A DNA stretch of 64,000 nt from an uncultured Pseudomonadota bacterium (GCA_902826775.1 CADEHE010000009.1:107726-171725), one strand, 5' to 3'. Positions 20,739 through 30,947 are shown, counted from the first letter of the stretch. Notes: generated by a model not told the origin, from the sequence alone. Numbers and translations are program-made.

Positions 20739-21334
20739 GCAAGCTGCCTTCCAGTTTCCAAGCTTTGACCGAAGCGTTGCGCTGCTTGCCCGGCGTCGGC
20801 CCAAAGTCAGCGCAGCGCATGGCCTACCATCTGGTTCAACGCGACCGCGCAGGTGCGGAGCGTTTGGCGGGAACGCTGAGCGAGGCACTGAAGCGCTTGC
20901 GACACTGCGAGCGCTGCAATACCCTCACTGAGCAAAGTCAGTGTGAACTCTGCAGCTCGCCGCGGCGCGACGCAAGTTTGCTATGTGTGGTGGAGACACC
21001 CGCCGATTTGCTGATGATGGAACAAACCCAGGTCTATGGCGGTTTGTACTTCATTCTGTTGGGGCGTCTCTCGCCGCTGGATGGCGTCGGCCCAAAGGAA
21101 ATTCAGCTCGACAAGTTGGTTGAGCGTGCCGCCGATGGCGTGGTCAAAGAGGTGATTCTGGCGACGAATTTTACTGTTGAAGGTGAAGCCACAGCGCACT
21201 ATGTTGGTGAGCTGCTGCGCTCGCGCGGCCTCAAAGTAACGCGCATCGCGCGCGGCATGCCCATGGGCGGCGAACTGGAGCATGTGGACACGGGCACGCT
21301 GGCGCAAGCGGTGTTCGAACGGCGCGAAATCTAG
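20735..21334 (+). CDS. recR: recombination protein RecR
   Basis: C4 zinc finger (CERCNTL...CELC) and Toprim domain. Confidence 0.9.
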   Translation: MSKLPSSFQALTEALRCLPGVGPKSAQRMAYHLVQRDRAGAERLAGTLSEALKRLRHCERCNTLTEQSQCELCSSPRRDASLLCVVETPADLLMMEQTQVYGGLYFILLGRLSPLDGVGPKEIQLDKLVERAADGVVKEVILATNFTVEGEATAHYVGELLRSRGLKVTRIARGMPMGGELEHVDTGTLAQAVFERREI

Positions 21335-21351
21335 AGGAGATCGTCTGCGAC

Positions 21352-21552
21352 ATGGCAAAGTGGCTAATTACCATCGGTGTGCTGTGCGTCGTCCTGGGTC
21401 TGTTTTGGCCGCTGCTGGCGAAGCTTGGATTGGGGCGTCTGCCCGGCGATATCGCGGTGAAGAAGGAAGGCTTTTCCTTTTACTTTCCCGTGGCCACCAG
21501 TATCGTGGTTTCGATCGTGCTGTCGCTGCTGCTTTGGATTTTCCGCCGCTGA
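21352..21552 (+). CDS. DUF2905-like small membrane protein
   Basis: 66 aa with two TM helices. Confidence 0.5.
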   Translation: MAKWLITIGVLCVVLGLFWPLLAKLGLGRLPGDIAVKKEGFSFYFPVATSIVVSIVLSLLLWIFRR

Positions 21553-21569
21553 GGCGGCAAGGCCGGCGG

Positions 21570-22340
21570 CTAAGCGGGCGCTGCGACCCAGACGCAATGC
21601 GTGCGTACTTCATCCCCTAGGCAGTGATGTAGCAGGAAGCCCACCGGTTCGTCGGTTACGCCGAATTGCTCTGCGGCATCCAATTGCAAGCCGAGGTGAG
21701 CAGCGGTGCTGGGGGCGACGCAGACGGGCATTCCCGCGTGCTGCGAGAAAATGGCGCGGTGGATATGGCCGCAACTGACTCCTTTCACCTGCGGTTGGCG
21801 TGCTAGCAACGCCCAAAACCTAGGTTCGTGCACACAGCCGTCGTCCATGTGGACGATTCCGGTGGGAAAGGCGGGGTGGTGCATGAAGATGATGCTTGGA
21901 AGCGTTGGCTGTTCCGCTAGGGTGGCTTCGAGCCAACGCATGCGCGCTTCATCGAGAGCGCCTCCCTCGGCGCCGGGAACCACGGTATCGAGTGCGAGGA
22001 TACGCCATCCGGCACATGTAACACTGTATTGCATCGGCCCCTGTGTGCCCAAGTAGTCATGCTCGGCGAACACTTGGCGCATCGTCGCGCGCTCATCGTG
22101 GTTGCCTGGCATCAGGTAGTATCGGCTGTCAAGGAGCGCCAGCATTGATTTAAGGCGACTATACTCATCAATGTGTCCGGTATTTACCAAGTCCCCGGTC
22201 AATATGACCGAATCGGGCTGCGGACGCAGCGCGTTGACCGTTTGCACGCATCGCGCGAGCGATTGCGCGCTATCCCTACCACCAAATACCGTTTCGCCAG
22301 CACGGCAAATATGGAGATCGCTGAGTTGGGCAATGAGCAT
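21570..22340 (-). CDS. metallophosphoesterase (CpdA-like cyclic nucleotide phosphodiesterase)
   Basis: Calcineurin-like motifs DLH, GDLV, GNHD. Confidence 0.7.
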   Translation of the reverse strand: MLIAQLSDLHICRAGETVFGGRDSAQSLARCVQTVNALRPQPDSVILTGDLVNTGHIDEYSRLKSMLALLDSRYYLMPGNHDERATMRQVFAEHDYLGTQGPMQYSVTCAGWRILALDTVVPGAEGGALDEARMRWLEATLAEQPTLPSIIFMHHPAFPTGIVHMDDGCVHEPRFWALLARQPQVKGVSCGHIHRAIFSQHAGMPVCVAPSTAAHLGLQLDAAEQFGVTDEPVGFLLHHCLGDEVRTHCVWVAAPA

Positions 22341-22467
22341 GGTGTCCTTGGATTGAAGCAGAACGCAGCGGCCACGCCTCCACCCTGTTCGAGGGGGATC
22401 GAAGTCGGTCGGTGCAATCTGTTACGATCAACCTAGCATCGCGTAGTTCAACTAGAGAGGCGCGGCG

Positions 22468-23256
22468 ATGAAGACAAAAGTCAACGGCATCGAATTACAT
22501 TACACGATCGACGGCAGTAATGGCGCGTGGGTTTGCTTGTCGCACTCGCTCGCGTGTCATTCCGGCATGTGGGATGAGCAAGTCGCCGTGTTGGCGCGGG
22601 AGTATCGTGTGCTGCGCTTCGACACACGCGGTCATGGGCAAAGCGGCGTGCCGGCCGGGCCGTACAGCTTTGTCGAGATGGCCGATGATGTTGCCGGGCT
22701 GTTCGATGCGCTGGGTATTGAGCGCGCCCACTTCATCGGCTTGTCAATGGGAGGCATGATCGGACAATCCCTGGGCTTGCGCCATCCGCAGCGTTTGTTG
22801 AGTTTGACGCTTGCCGATACCTCGAGCCGCCAGCCAGTCGGCGCGGAGAAGATGTGGGGCGATCGCATCGCGCAAGCGCGGGCGCAGGGCATGCAAGCGC
22901 TGGAGGAGAGCACGCTGGCGCGCTGGTTTACCGAATCTTTTCGCGCTGCGCACCCGGAGGCGATGCAGCGCGTCGGCGCCATGATTCGCGCCACACCGGT
23001 GGAAGGCTATGCAAACTGCGGCTTTGCCATCTCTCGCATTAACTTCACTGACCAGCTCAAGGCGATTCGCTGCCCGGTGCTGGTGATTGTCGGCGAGGAC
23101 GATCCCGGTACGCCGGTGGTGATGTCGCGGGAGATAAGCGCCGCTATCCCCGGCTCCGAGCTGGTAGTGCTGCCACAGGCGGCGCATTTGTCGAACATAG
23201 AACAAGCCGACGCTTTCAACAGCGCATTGTTGAGCTTCCTGCGCCACGCTGGCTAG
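22468..23256 (+). CDS. alpha/beta hydrolase (3-oxoadipate enol-lactonase-like)
   Basis: GLSMGG nucleophile elbow and HG oxyanion motif. Confidence 0.7.
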   Translation: MKTKVNGIELHYTIDGSNGAWVCLSHSLACHSGMWDEQVAVLAREYRVLRFDTRGHGQSGVPAGPYSFVEMADDVAGLFDALGIERAHFIGLSMGGMIGQSLGLRHPQRLLSLTLADTSSRQPVGAEKMWGDRIAQARAQGMQALEESTLARWFTESFRAAHPEAMQRVGAMIRATPVEGYANCGFAISRINFTDQLKAIRCPVLVIVGEDDPGTPVVMSREISAAIPGSELVVLPQAAHLSNIEQADAFNSALLSFLRHAG

Positions 23257-23423
23257 GAACGCTCGCACAGATATTTACGATTGCGGCGCGGCGGCCCCTT
23301 TTCAAGCGGCTGCCAGTCCGTATAATTGCGCCCCTTTTAGCGGTTTGCGGCTGCGTCGGCAGCAGCGCTTGTTAGCGCCGTATGCGCCCGTGTGCGCCCT
23401 GATTTTTAACGGAGGTGTTCTTG

Positions 23424-24842
23424 ATGGTGAACGAAGTCAAGCATGTGAAGTTTAGCGGCCGGGTTCTGATCGTTGGTTTCGGCTCGATCGGCGCCGGCGT
23501 ACTGCCGCTGCTGCTGCGGCACATCGACATGCCAGCTTCGAACATCAGCATCATCACGGCGGAACAGCGAGGCAAGGAGGAGGCCGCGCAGTACGGTGTG
23601 CGCTTTATTCTCGAGCCGTTGACGCGCGAGAACCATGTCGGCTTGTTAGATAAGCTGCTGCGCAGCGGCGACTTTTTGCTCAATTTGTCGATTGACGTCT
23701 CGAGCGTGGCGCTGATCGAGTACTGCGCGGCGCGCAACATCAAGTATCTCGACACGTGTATCGAGCCCTGGGTCGGCGGCTATACGGATCCCAACGTGGC
23801 GCCGGGTCTGCGCTCCAATTACGCGCTGCGCGAGGCGGCGCTTGAAATCGGCCGCAAGCATCCCAATGGGCCAACGGCGGTGCTGACTCACGGTGCCAAT
23901 CCGGGCATGGTGTCGCATTTAGTCAAAGAAGCGCTGCTGCACATCGCCCGCGACACGGGTCTGAAAGCGACTGCGCCGCAGGGCAAAGCGCAGTGGGCGC
24001 GGCTTGCTCAGCAACTCGGCATGAAGGTGGTGCACATCGCCGAGCGCGACACGCAGGTATCGAAGACACCAAAGCGCGTCGGCGAGTTCGTCAACACTTG
24101 GTCGGTTGGCGGCTTCATCGGCGAGGGTTCGCAGCCCGCCGAACTCGGCTGGGGCGCGCACGAGAAGCATATGCCGCCCGACGGCCAGCAGCACGATTTC
24201 GGCTGCCGCGCAGCGATTTGGTTACAGCGGCCCGGCGCCTCCGTGCGCGTGCGCACTTGGACGCCGCGGCAGGGGCCGATTCATGGTTTTCTCATCACTC
24301 ATGGCGAATCGATTTCCATCGCTGACTACTTTACGGTGAAGGAGGGCGAGCAGGTCGTTTCGCGCCCGACCGTGCACTATGCCTACCACCCGTGCGATGC
24401 GGCGGTGATGTCGATTCACGAGCTGGCCGGACGCAACTGGCAGCCGCAGCCCGACTGGCGCATCATCAATGACGACATCAGCAGCGGCGTCGATGAACTC
24501 GGCGTGTTGATCGCGGGACACGCCAAAAATGCTTACTGGTACGGCTCGGTGCTGTCGATCGACGACGCGCGCCGGCTGGCGCCGTACAACAACGCGACCA
24601 GCCTGCAAGTCACCAGTTCGGTGCTGGCCGCGATGATCTGGGCGATCGAGCATCCGAACGAAGGGGTGGTCGACCCCGACGATTTGCCGCATGAGTTCAT
24701 CTTGCGCATCATGCGGCCGTACCTCGGCGAGTTGGTGGGGCACTACACTGATTGGACGCCACTGTATGATCGCGGCCGCTTGTTTCCTGAAGACGTCGAT
24801 GGAAGCGATCCGTGGCAGTTCAAGAATGTGCGGGTGATGTAG
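23424..24842 (+). CDS. hss: homospermidine synthase
   Basis: ~470 aa saccharopine-dehydrogenase-like enzyme; N-terminal Rossmann VLIVGFGSIGAGVLPLL and overall similarity to bacterial Hss. Confidence 0.7.
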   Translation: MVNEVKHVKFSGRVLIVGFGSIGAGVLPLLLRHIDMPASNISIITAEQRGKEEAAQYGVRFILEPLTRENHVGLLDKLLRSGDFLLNLSIDVSSVALIEYCAARNIKYLDTCIEPWVGGYTDPNVAPGLRSNYALREAALEIGRKHPNGPTAVLTHGANPGMVSHLVKEALLHIARDTGLKATAPQGKAQWARLAQQLGMKVVHIAERDTQVSKTPKRVGEFVNTWSVGGFIGEGSQPAELGWGAHEKHMPPDGQQHDFGCRAAIWLQRPGASVRVRTWTPRQGPIHGFLITHGESISIADYFTVKEGEQVVSRPTVHYAYHPCDAAVMSIHELAGRNWQPQPDWRIINDDISSGVDELGVLIAGHAKNAYWYGSVLSIDDARRLAPYNNATSLQVTSSVLAAMIWAIEHPNEGVVDPDDLPHEFILRIMRPYLGELVGHYTDWTPLYDRGRLFPEDVDGSDPWQFKNVRVM

Positions 24843-24883
24843 ATACTCTGTGCAGGATGCTACTCTTTCTCAAGACGAAAGCG

Positions 24884-25633
24884 ATGATACGGATTATTCT
24901 CTTAAGGGTATTCGCGATTTGGCTAGCGCAGCTCGCTGCGGTTGCGGTATTTGCACGAGAGCAAAGCGCCGCTGCGCAACTTACGCCGGAACAGATCATG
25001 GCAGAGTTTGCTCGCGTCAGCACGGGCAATCTAGCCGACGCCGTCGATGAGATCACAGGCGAGCGTGGTTTCATGTCGCATGACATGAAGCCGATCTACA
25101 AGGCGAAATTCGTCGGCCGCGCATGGACGGCAACAATGCGCCGTGTGCTCAAGAATGATAAGCGCACTTACCAGAGCTCGGCACTGCAAATTCTGGACGA
25201 AGCGCCCGCCGGCAGCGTGCTGGTCTATGTGCTGGAAGACGGGCTCGACATCGCGGCGATGGGCAATTTGATGGCTACGACGGCGAAAGTGCGCGGAATC
25301 ACCGGAGCGGTGATCGACGGCGGTGTGCGCGATATCGAAGAGGTCACGCAGATCGGCTTTCCGGTGTTCAGCCGCAGCGTCACGCCGGCAACGTCCGTTG
25401 GCCGTCTCGTTGCGACCACCAAGAATGAGCCGGTGACTTGCGGTGGGGTGCGCGTGCGCCAAGGCGACTACATCGTCGCCGATTGGGACGGTGTCGTTGT
25501 TGTGCCGGCCGAACATGGTGCGCGCGCGGTGGAGCTTATCCGCGAATACGACGCCAAAGAAAGTAAGATGATCCCCATCATCAAGCAGGAAAAATCCATG
25601 CTCAAAGCGTTGGAGAAGTACAACCGGTATTAA
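24884..25633 (+). CDS. RraA family protein (RraA/HMG-CPA aldolase-like) with predicted N-terminal signal peptide
   Basis: RraA-fold motifs (GGVRDIEE); hydrophobic N-terminus MIRIILLRVFAIWLAQLAAVAVFA. Confidence 0.55.
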   Translation: MIRIILLRVFAIWLAQLAAVAVFAREQSAAAQLTPEQIMAEFARVSTGNLADAVDEITGERGFMSHDMKPIYKAKFVGRAWTATMRRVLKNDKRTYQSSALQILDEAPAGSVLVYVLEDGLDIAAMGNLMATTAKVRGITGAVIDGGVRDIEEVTQIGFPVFSRSVTPATSVGRLVATTKNEPVTCGGVRVRQGDYIVADWDGVVVVPAEHGARAVELIREYDAKESKMIPIIKQEKSMLKALEKYNRY

Positions 25634-25830
25634 AGAGGCGCGGGGCACCCCCTGCCCCCGCGCTTGCGGTTGGGTACGCCGTGCATGAATGGGCGCGCGT
25701 TGCGCGCGAGAGGGTTAAGTGCCATAAGTGAGATGCGCGCGAAGCGAACCCCACGTTACTCGTATCGCCGCGCTGGGGGGCACTTCGTTTGCCCCATACG
25801 TTGCTAGTCTTGTAGGGTGCGCCGTGCGCA
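25634..25830. repeat. GC-rich palindromic MITE/REP-like element, copy B
   Basis: AAGAGGCGCGGGGCACCCCCTGCCCCCGCGC plus an ~80-nt core matching element A (3686-3895) in reverse orientation. Confidence 0.55.
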
Positions 25831-25852
25831 CGAACCACGGTGTTTTCGTGTG

Positions 25853-26452
25853 CTAGGTCGACGAGAACAATCCGCCCACCGTGCGCAGCACCCCGCGCAG
25901 CGCGCGCCACAGTTTTGGCAGGAGCCAAAGCGCGAACAACACGAAGATCAGCAGCAGCGCCAGCAGTAGCACGGGCGCTGCCCACGCAATCCAGGCGATC
26001 GAGGGCGCGGCAATATCTTCAATGCCGGAGGCGACCCAATTACTGAACGGCTCGGGTGAATGATTGATCGCCGCGCGTGTGCCGGCTTTGGTGAGATGGC
26101 TGCCGGCGGTGATGGTGCCGCCGATCAAGCCAGCCGCGAGCGCCGCCGCGGTGCCTTGATCGCCGAAAGCGCCCGCTGCCAGCAGCGCCCCGGCTGGAAC
26201 GCGAATGAAAGTGTGGATCGCATCCCAAACGCTGTCGAGGCCAGGCACTTTGTCAGCAATAAATTCCGCCACCAACATCACACCGCTGGCGGTCATTACC
26301 CAGTCATGGCCGAGCACCTGCAAGCCGGACGGCAGGCTGATCCAGCCGAAGCGCTGCACCAATCCAGCAAGGAACACGACTGCGTACAAGCGTATGCCGC
26401 TCGCCCAGGCGAGGCCGCCCGCCAAAGCCAGTTGCCGAATCAGTTCTTCCAC
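25853..26452 (-). CDS. DUF4126 family membrane protein
   Basis: 199 aa, multiple TM helices. Confidence 0.5.
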   Translation of the reverse strand: MEELIRQLALAGGLAWASGIRLYAVVFLAGLVQRFGWISLPSGLQVLGHDWVMTASGVMLVAEFIADKVPGLDSVWDAIHTFIRVPAGALLAAGAFGDQGTAAALAAGLIGGTITAGSHLTKAGTRAAINHSPEPFSNWVASGIEDIAAPSIAWIAWAAPVLLLALLLIFVLFALWLLPKLWRALRGVLRTVGGLFSST

Positions 26453-26550
26453 GAGAGTTGCGCGCGCACAGAGCTAGATGATCGTGTGCATCATACCCGG
26501 TCGGCCAGGGCGGGCCGGCCGCCGTGCGCCGCGATATAATCAGCGCGAAT

Positions 26551-26627
26551 CGGGGTGTAGCGCAGTCTGGTAGCGCATCTGCTTTGGGAGCAGAGGGTCG
26601 GGAGTTCGAATCTCTCCACCCCGACCA
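26551..26627 (+). tRNA. tRNA-Pro(TGG)
   Basis: Canonical 77-nt cloverleaf: CGGGGTG acceptor, anticodon loop UUUGGGA, GGTTCGAATCT T-loop, CCA encoded. Confidence 0.85.
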
Positions 26628-26756
26628 AAATCAATGAGATATCGCATACTCGTTATCTGGTATTCAAGAGTTGCGTGCGCAGTAATGCAACTTAGTTGCT
26701 GTTTTCTCCGTGGTATTACCACGTAAAATCTTCATTGACGCAACTTCCTCATCTAA

Positions 26757-26935
26757 ACTGGCTGCAGTCTGCTTCGAGGCCAATCGACTACGAACAAGTA
26801 CGCTGCAATCGGTGAGTGAAGATGCGCTCCGGAGTTGCGATCAGCGATGCTTGGACCCCTACGCAAAAGGTCGTCGTGAGCGATACGACCTCGTTACTCG
26901 TTACTACCGCACTTTCACTTCGGCGCTAACTGCAA
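26757..26935 (+). repeat. ~180-bp direct repeat, copy 1
   Basis: ~75% identical to 28917-29100 (shared blocks GCAGTCTGCTTCGA, GATGCTTGG.CCCTACGCAA.AGGT.GTCG.GAGCGATACG, CTTCGGC). Confidence 0.55.
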
Positions 26936-27071
26936 GCAGTTGGGCTGCAAAGCCGCCGTAAGTGAATACTTATTTTTAACTACAAATAGCGCGCTGCGTT
27001 TGATACAAGAAATGCCGACGTTCACGCTGGTCGGCTATCGGGCGACCAAGGATTTGTCCCTCTTCGCGACA

Positions 27072-27650
27072 TTAGCGAACTCGCAGTCGACCCTTGTGTT
27101 CTATTGCGCCGCACGATGAACTGGCCACTCCGCTCCCATAGCCGACCTTGATCTTCGTCGCCAAGTTGTCCGTAGAAATGCGCAGCACCAGCGAGGCCAA
27201 TTGATATCCGCGAAGTCGCATAGCCAATTCCAATTGATAAAAGTAAGCACGCAGCGCCTGCAAGCCTTCCAGTTCGCTTCCGCTTCGGGTGCGTCGCGAT
27301 AAAGCGGCGCCGCGGTATCGAGTGCTCGGCGTAATTCGGCTTCCTTCCATTCCGTGACGAGGAATGCTTGCACCGCTTGACTCAGGCGCCTCAAATGGCG
27401 GAGCTTTCGAGTCGCAGAGGATACGTTCGAGCATTGCGCTAGTGTCCTGCCATTCGTCCGCCTGAAGCCTAAACAAAATCGCTTCCTTGTTGGGAAAGTA
27501 CTGACAGAGCGACCCAACGCTGATATGCAGGCCACCGGCATGGTCAACGATCATCTCGTCACATGTCCGCGCCATGCGGCGCGCAAGACGCTGGCAGGCC
27601 GTTTCAAACAGTAGTACGGGTCCGCTGTTGTCCTTGCAGGCCTCGGCAAG
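27072..27650 (-). CDS. TetR/AcrR family transcriptional regulator, N-terminus lacks a canonical start
   Basis: TetR HTH (GPVLLFETACQRLARRMARTCDEMIVDHAGGLHISVGSLCQYFPNKEAIL) extends upstream of the first ATG, with no in-frame ATG/GTG/TTG before a TAA. Confidence 0.45.
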   Translation of the reverse strand, partial: LAEACKDNSGPVLLFETACQRLARRMARTCDEMIVDHAGGLHISVGSLCQYFPNKEAILFRLQADEWQDTSAMLERILCDSKAPPFEAPESSGASIPRHGMEGSRITPSTRYRGAALSRRTRSGSELEGLQALRAYFYQLELAMRLRGYQLASLVLRISTDNLATKIKVGYGSGVASSSCGAIEHKGRLRVR

Positions 27651-27800
27651 CCAGCGCCGGAACTTGCACAGTCGGCAGACGACACCTGTTATTGTTTAAA
27701 CATCCCCCTATTTGCATCCAAATCCGCGTATAGGCCGTACATATCAACGGGACTTCACTCACCGCAATCCCGTTATTGGCCATGACATGGAGAAAGCAAT

Positions 27801-28715
27801 ATGGGCTGCACCAAATGGAACTGGAAACGAAATACAGCGGCACTGCTCTTTTTTGGAAGCTCAGTTCTTACACTCGGCGCCCCGGCGTCCGCTGCCACGA
27901 TCTACGGCATCACCGGACCAAACAGCCTGGTGACATTTGACAGCGGCGCGCCAGGCTCGCTCAGTGCACCGCTCGCAGTAACCGGGTTGGCTGCGGGTGA
28001 GGCACTCGTTGGCATCGACTTTCGCCCCGCCGACGGTACGCTATTTGGTTTAGGCAGCGGAAGCCGCATTTATAACATCAACCAATCGACCGGCGCGGCG
28101 ACCCAAGTTGGCGCGGATGGCGCCTTCACCCTGAGTGGAAGCGCCTTCGGCTTTGACTTCAATCCGGTGCCGGACCGTATCCGTATAACAAGCAATGCCG
28201 ATCAGAACTTGCGCTTAAACCCGAACAACGGCGCGCTCGCGGCTACTGACACCCCTTTGGCGTTCGCCGCGGCAGACCCTAACGCGGGCACCAACCCCAA
28301 TGTCGTTGGGTCGGCGTACACGAACAGTTTCGCGCCGTCACCGCGCACGCCGCCACCCGGCACATTGCTTTACGGCATCGACTCTAATCTGGACATTTTG
28401 CTCACCCAAGATCCGCCCAACAACGGCACGCTTAACACGGTCGGTTCGTTAGGAGTGGATACAAACGATGTTGTGGGCTTTGATATTTCCGCGTTCGGTA
28501 ATTTTGGATTCGCATCACTTACCGACGATACCAGTGGATTTTCAAGCCTGTACAGCATCGACTTGGCAACGGGCGCCGCCACGTTGATCGGGGCCATCGG
28601 CAATGGGCTTAGCCTAACGGGGATTGCGATTGCCCAAGTCTCGGAGCCCGCCTCACTGGCGATACTTGCTTCGGGTTTGGCTGGCGTGTTTTGGATCAGA
28701 CGGCGCGCCGCGTAA
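27801..28715 (+). CDS. DUF4394 repeat protein with PEP-CTERM sorting signal
   Basis: Signal peptide; repeated LYGID/LFGL motifs; C-terminal VSEPASLAILASGLAGVFWIRRR (PEP-CTERM). Confidence 0.7.
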   Translation: MGCTKWNWKRNTAALLFFGSSVLTLGAPASAATIYGITGPNSLVTFDSGAPGSLSAPLAVTGLAAGEALVGIDFRPADGTLFGLGSGSRIYNINQSTGAATQVGADGAFTLSGSAFGFDFNPVPDRIRITSNADQNLRLNPNNGALAATDTPLAFAAADPNAGTNPNVVGSAYTNSFAPSPRTPPPGTLLYGIDSNLDILLTQDPPNNGTLNTVGSLGVDTNDVVGFDISAFGNFGFASLTDDTSGFSSLYSIDLATGAATLIGAIGNGLSLTGIAIAQVSEPASLAILASGLAGVFWIRRRAA

Positions 28716-28916
28716 CTCGCATCTAGATTCGCGGGAGCGGCAGAGTATCGCCGCTCTTTCTCTCTGTAAAAATCGGAGTCTGGATTTGACGGACGGTGTC
28801 CGAATATCCCAGTGGGCCCGGCAAGCCCCGGCCAGAAGCGTTCTCACGCGCCGCACAATGCTACGAGCAGATTCGCTGCTTTGTGTTGCTCCGTAACTTC
28901 TAATCGGAGCGACTGT

Positions 28917-29100
28917 CCCCTCTAGACCGGCCGCAGTCTGCTTCGACGCCGAGCGAGTGCGAATTCGATCTTCGCTGTAATCGGAAAATGATGATCGGAG
29001 CCGTCCTTGCACTCAATGATGCTTGGGTCCCTACGCAAGAGGTAGTCGCGAGCGATACGCCCTCGTCACTACCACACTTTTGCTTCGGCATTATCTACAA
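28917..29100 (+). repeat. ~180-bp direct repeat, copy 2
   Basis: See copy 1 at 26757-26935. Confidence 0.55.
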
Positions 29101-29505
29101 CCAGTTTCGCTGCCTAGCCGACATCAGGCCGGTGACAACGAGGCCGCGGAATTTCACACGCGCAACGCGCGTGCGGCGCACAAGGGCTTGTCAATTCCAA
29201 TCCGATTACGCTCGTACGCGAAAAGGTAGTGTTTCTCGCGAGCAAGGCGTTGGCGACGCGGAGCTTCCAATCCCCAACGTCTGCTAGACGACTGTAAAGA
29301 TATGGTCCGCCACGGTGAAATTCAGGAGAGGAGAGCTTAAGTTGATGAGGCGGAAAAGCGTTCCGCAGAAATTCTCTCGCGACGCACAGGTATGATTCTT
29401 TTGCCGCGTTTAGAAGTGGAGAATTGCGTATCAGGGCTAAAGTTTTCTTCTTATCATCCGAATACCACGTGATCATCCCTTCATTGTGTTCTGTCGGAAC
29501 CTTTT

Positions 29506-29982
29506 ATGGATCTGCCGAGTTCTGCCCCCCTGATTCACTGCGTCTATACCAGCGCAGCAACGCAGGACTTCAGCCAAGAGAATCTTGAGGCGTTGTTGAA
29601 AAGCGCTCGAGAATTCAATGTATTACATGGTCTAACCGGTATGCTGCTTTACTCCGAAGGGAGCTTCTTTCAGGTGCTAGAGGGGCCAGAGGAAGTTGTC
29701 GCCGCACTCTATGCAAAAATTGAAAGGGACAAGCGGCACGAGCAGGTTACAAAGATAATTGTGGAGCCCATTCATAAACGATCCTTCGCCGAGTGGACCA
29801 TGGGATTCTCCAATGTCTCGCGCGAAGAACTAGCGAAAATTGAGGGCACAAACGATTTTTTCAGCAAGGCGCGATGCTTTGCCGAACTCGACGCTGGACG
29901 GGCAAAGAAGTTGCTGACGGCGTTCCGTGATGGGCGCTGGCGAAAGACGGTCCGGGGGAATGCGCGGAAATTGGCAGCATGA
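29506..29982 (+). CDS. BLUF (blue-light sensing FAD) domain protein
   Basis: BLUF motifs YTSAAT, NVLHGLTGMLLY, FFQVLEG, RHEQV, W..M. Confidence 0.75.
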   Translation: MDLPSSAPLIHCVYTSAATQDFSQENLEALLKSAREFNVLHGLTGMLLYSEGSFFQVLEGPEEVVAALYAKIERDKRHEQVTKIIVEPIHKRSFAEWTMGFSNVSREELAKIEGTNDFFSKARCFAELDAGRAKKLLTAFRDGRWRKTVRGNARKLAA

Positions 29983-30752
29983 GCGCTGGCTCGCATTTAC
30001 GTGCTGTTGATGCGGGGCATTCGCTGTCGCTCTCTTCACCGGCGCAGGTGCCCGCATTTTCATATGCCTTCCAGCCTATTATTGACGTGGAAGCGCGTGA
30101 AGTCGTTTCGTACGAGGCGTTGGTGCGCGGCCCCGGCAACGAACCAGCGTTTCATGTGTGGGAACGTGTGCCCAATTTGCTCAAGTATCAGTTTGATCAG
30201 GAAAGTCGCGTCGCAGCCATCGCGCGGGCGGCGAAACTTGGACTGGACTGCCACCTTAGTCTAAATTTCCTTCCGCAGGGGTTGTATGAGGCGCCAGCAT
30301 CGATTAGCGCCACGCTCGATGCGGCGGTCGAAAACAATGTGCCCATCGAGCATCTAAATCTCGAAGTCACAGAAGAGGAAGTGATCACCGATTGTGCGCA
30401 TTTTGCGGCGAAGCTCAACGAGTATCGACGCTTAGGGCTGAAGATCACCATTGACGATTTCGGCGCCGGCTACGCAGGGCTCAATCTTTTAGCGGAACTT
30501 CAACCCGATCAGGTCAAGATCGACATGAATCTAGTGCGCGGTATCGATAAACACGGACCGCGCCAGGCTATTGTGTGCGCGGTAGTCCAAGTATGCACCG
30601 ATCTAGGAATAGACGTGATCGCAGAGGGAGTTGAAACCGTAAGGGAATATTCCTGGTTCAACGATCAAGGCGTCTACTTGTTTCAGGGGTACCTCTTTTC
30701 TAAACCGGGCTTTGAATGCTTTCCGCCTGTGTACTACCCCACAAGCAGTTAA
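29979..30752 (+). CDS. EAL domain c-di-GMP phosphodiesterase
   Basis: EAL motif region (YEALVRG), DDFGAGY, and the KID..L loop; start overlaps the BLUF stop as ATGA. Confidence 0.75.
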   Translation: MSAGSHLRAVDAGHSLSLSSPAQVPAFSYAFQPIIDVEAREVVSYEALVRGPGNEPAFHVWERVPNLLKYQFDQESRVAAIARAAKLGLDCHLSLNFLPQGLYEAPASISATLDAAVENNVPIEHLNLEVTEEEVITDCAHFAAKLNEYRRLGLKITIDDFGAGYAGLNLLAELQPDQVKIDMNLVRGIDKHGPRQAIVCAVVQVCTDLGIDVIAEGVETVREYSWFNDQGVYLFQGYLFSKPGFECFPPVYYPTSS

Positions 30753-30947
30753 GCAATTGTCGCGGCTTTGCTGACATCTCGCCGACGAGGACTCGAATCC
30801 GTTCGGGCGAAATCATGCGCACGGCATCAGCGTGATTTTTGTGCGCCGCAAGGGTATAGTTTAGGGCCGAGCCGACATCGCGAGCGTCAACTATCGAGCA
30901 GCGTAGGCGAGCGCCACGAACTGATCATCGACAACATCGCTGGCGGC

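Noticed and set aside
25634-26550. Possible CRISPR array or integrase next to tRNA-Pro
   Set aside because: No regularly spaced direct repeats and no integrase/recombinase ORF were found; only the palindromic element and a DUF4126 gene are present
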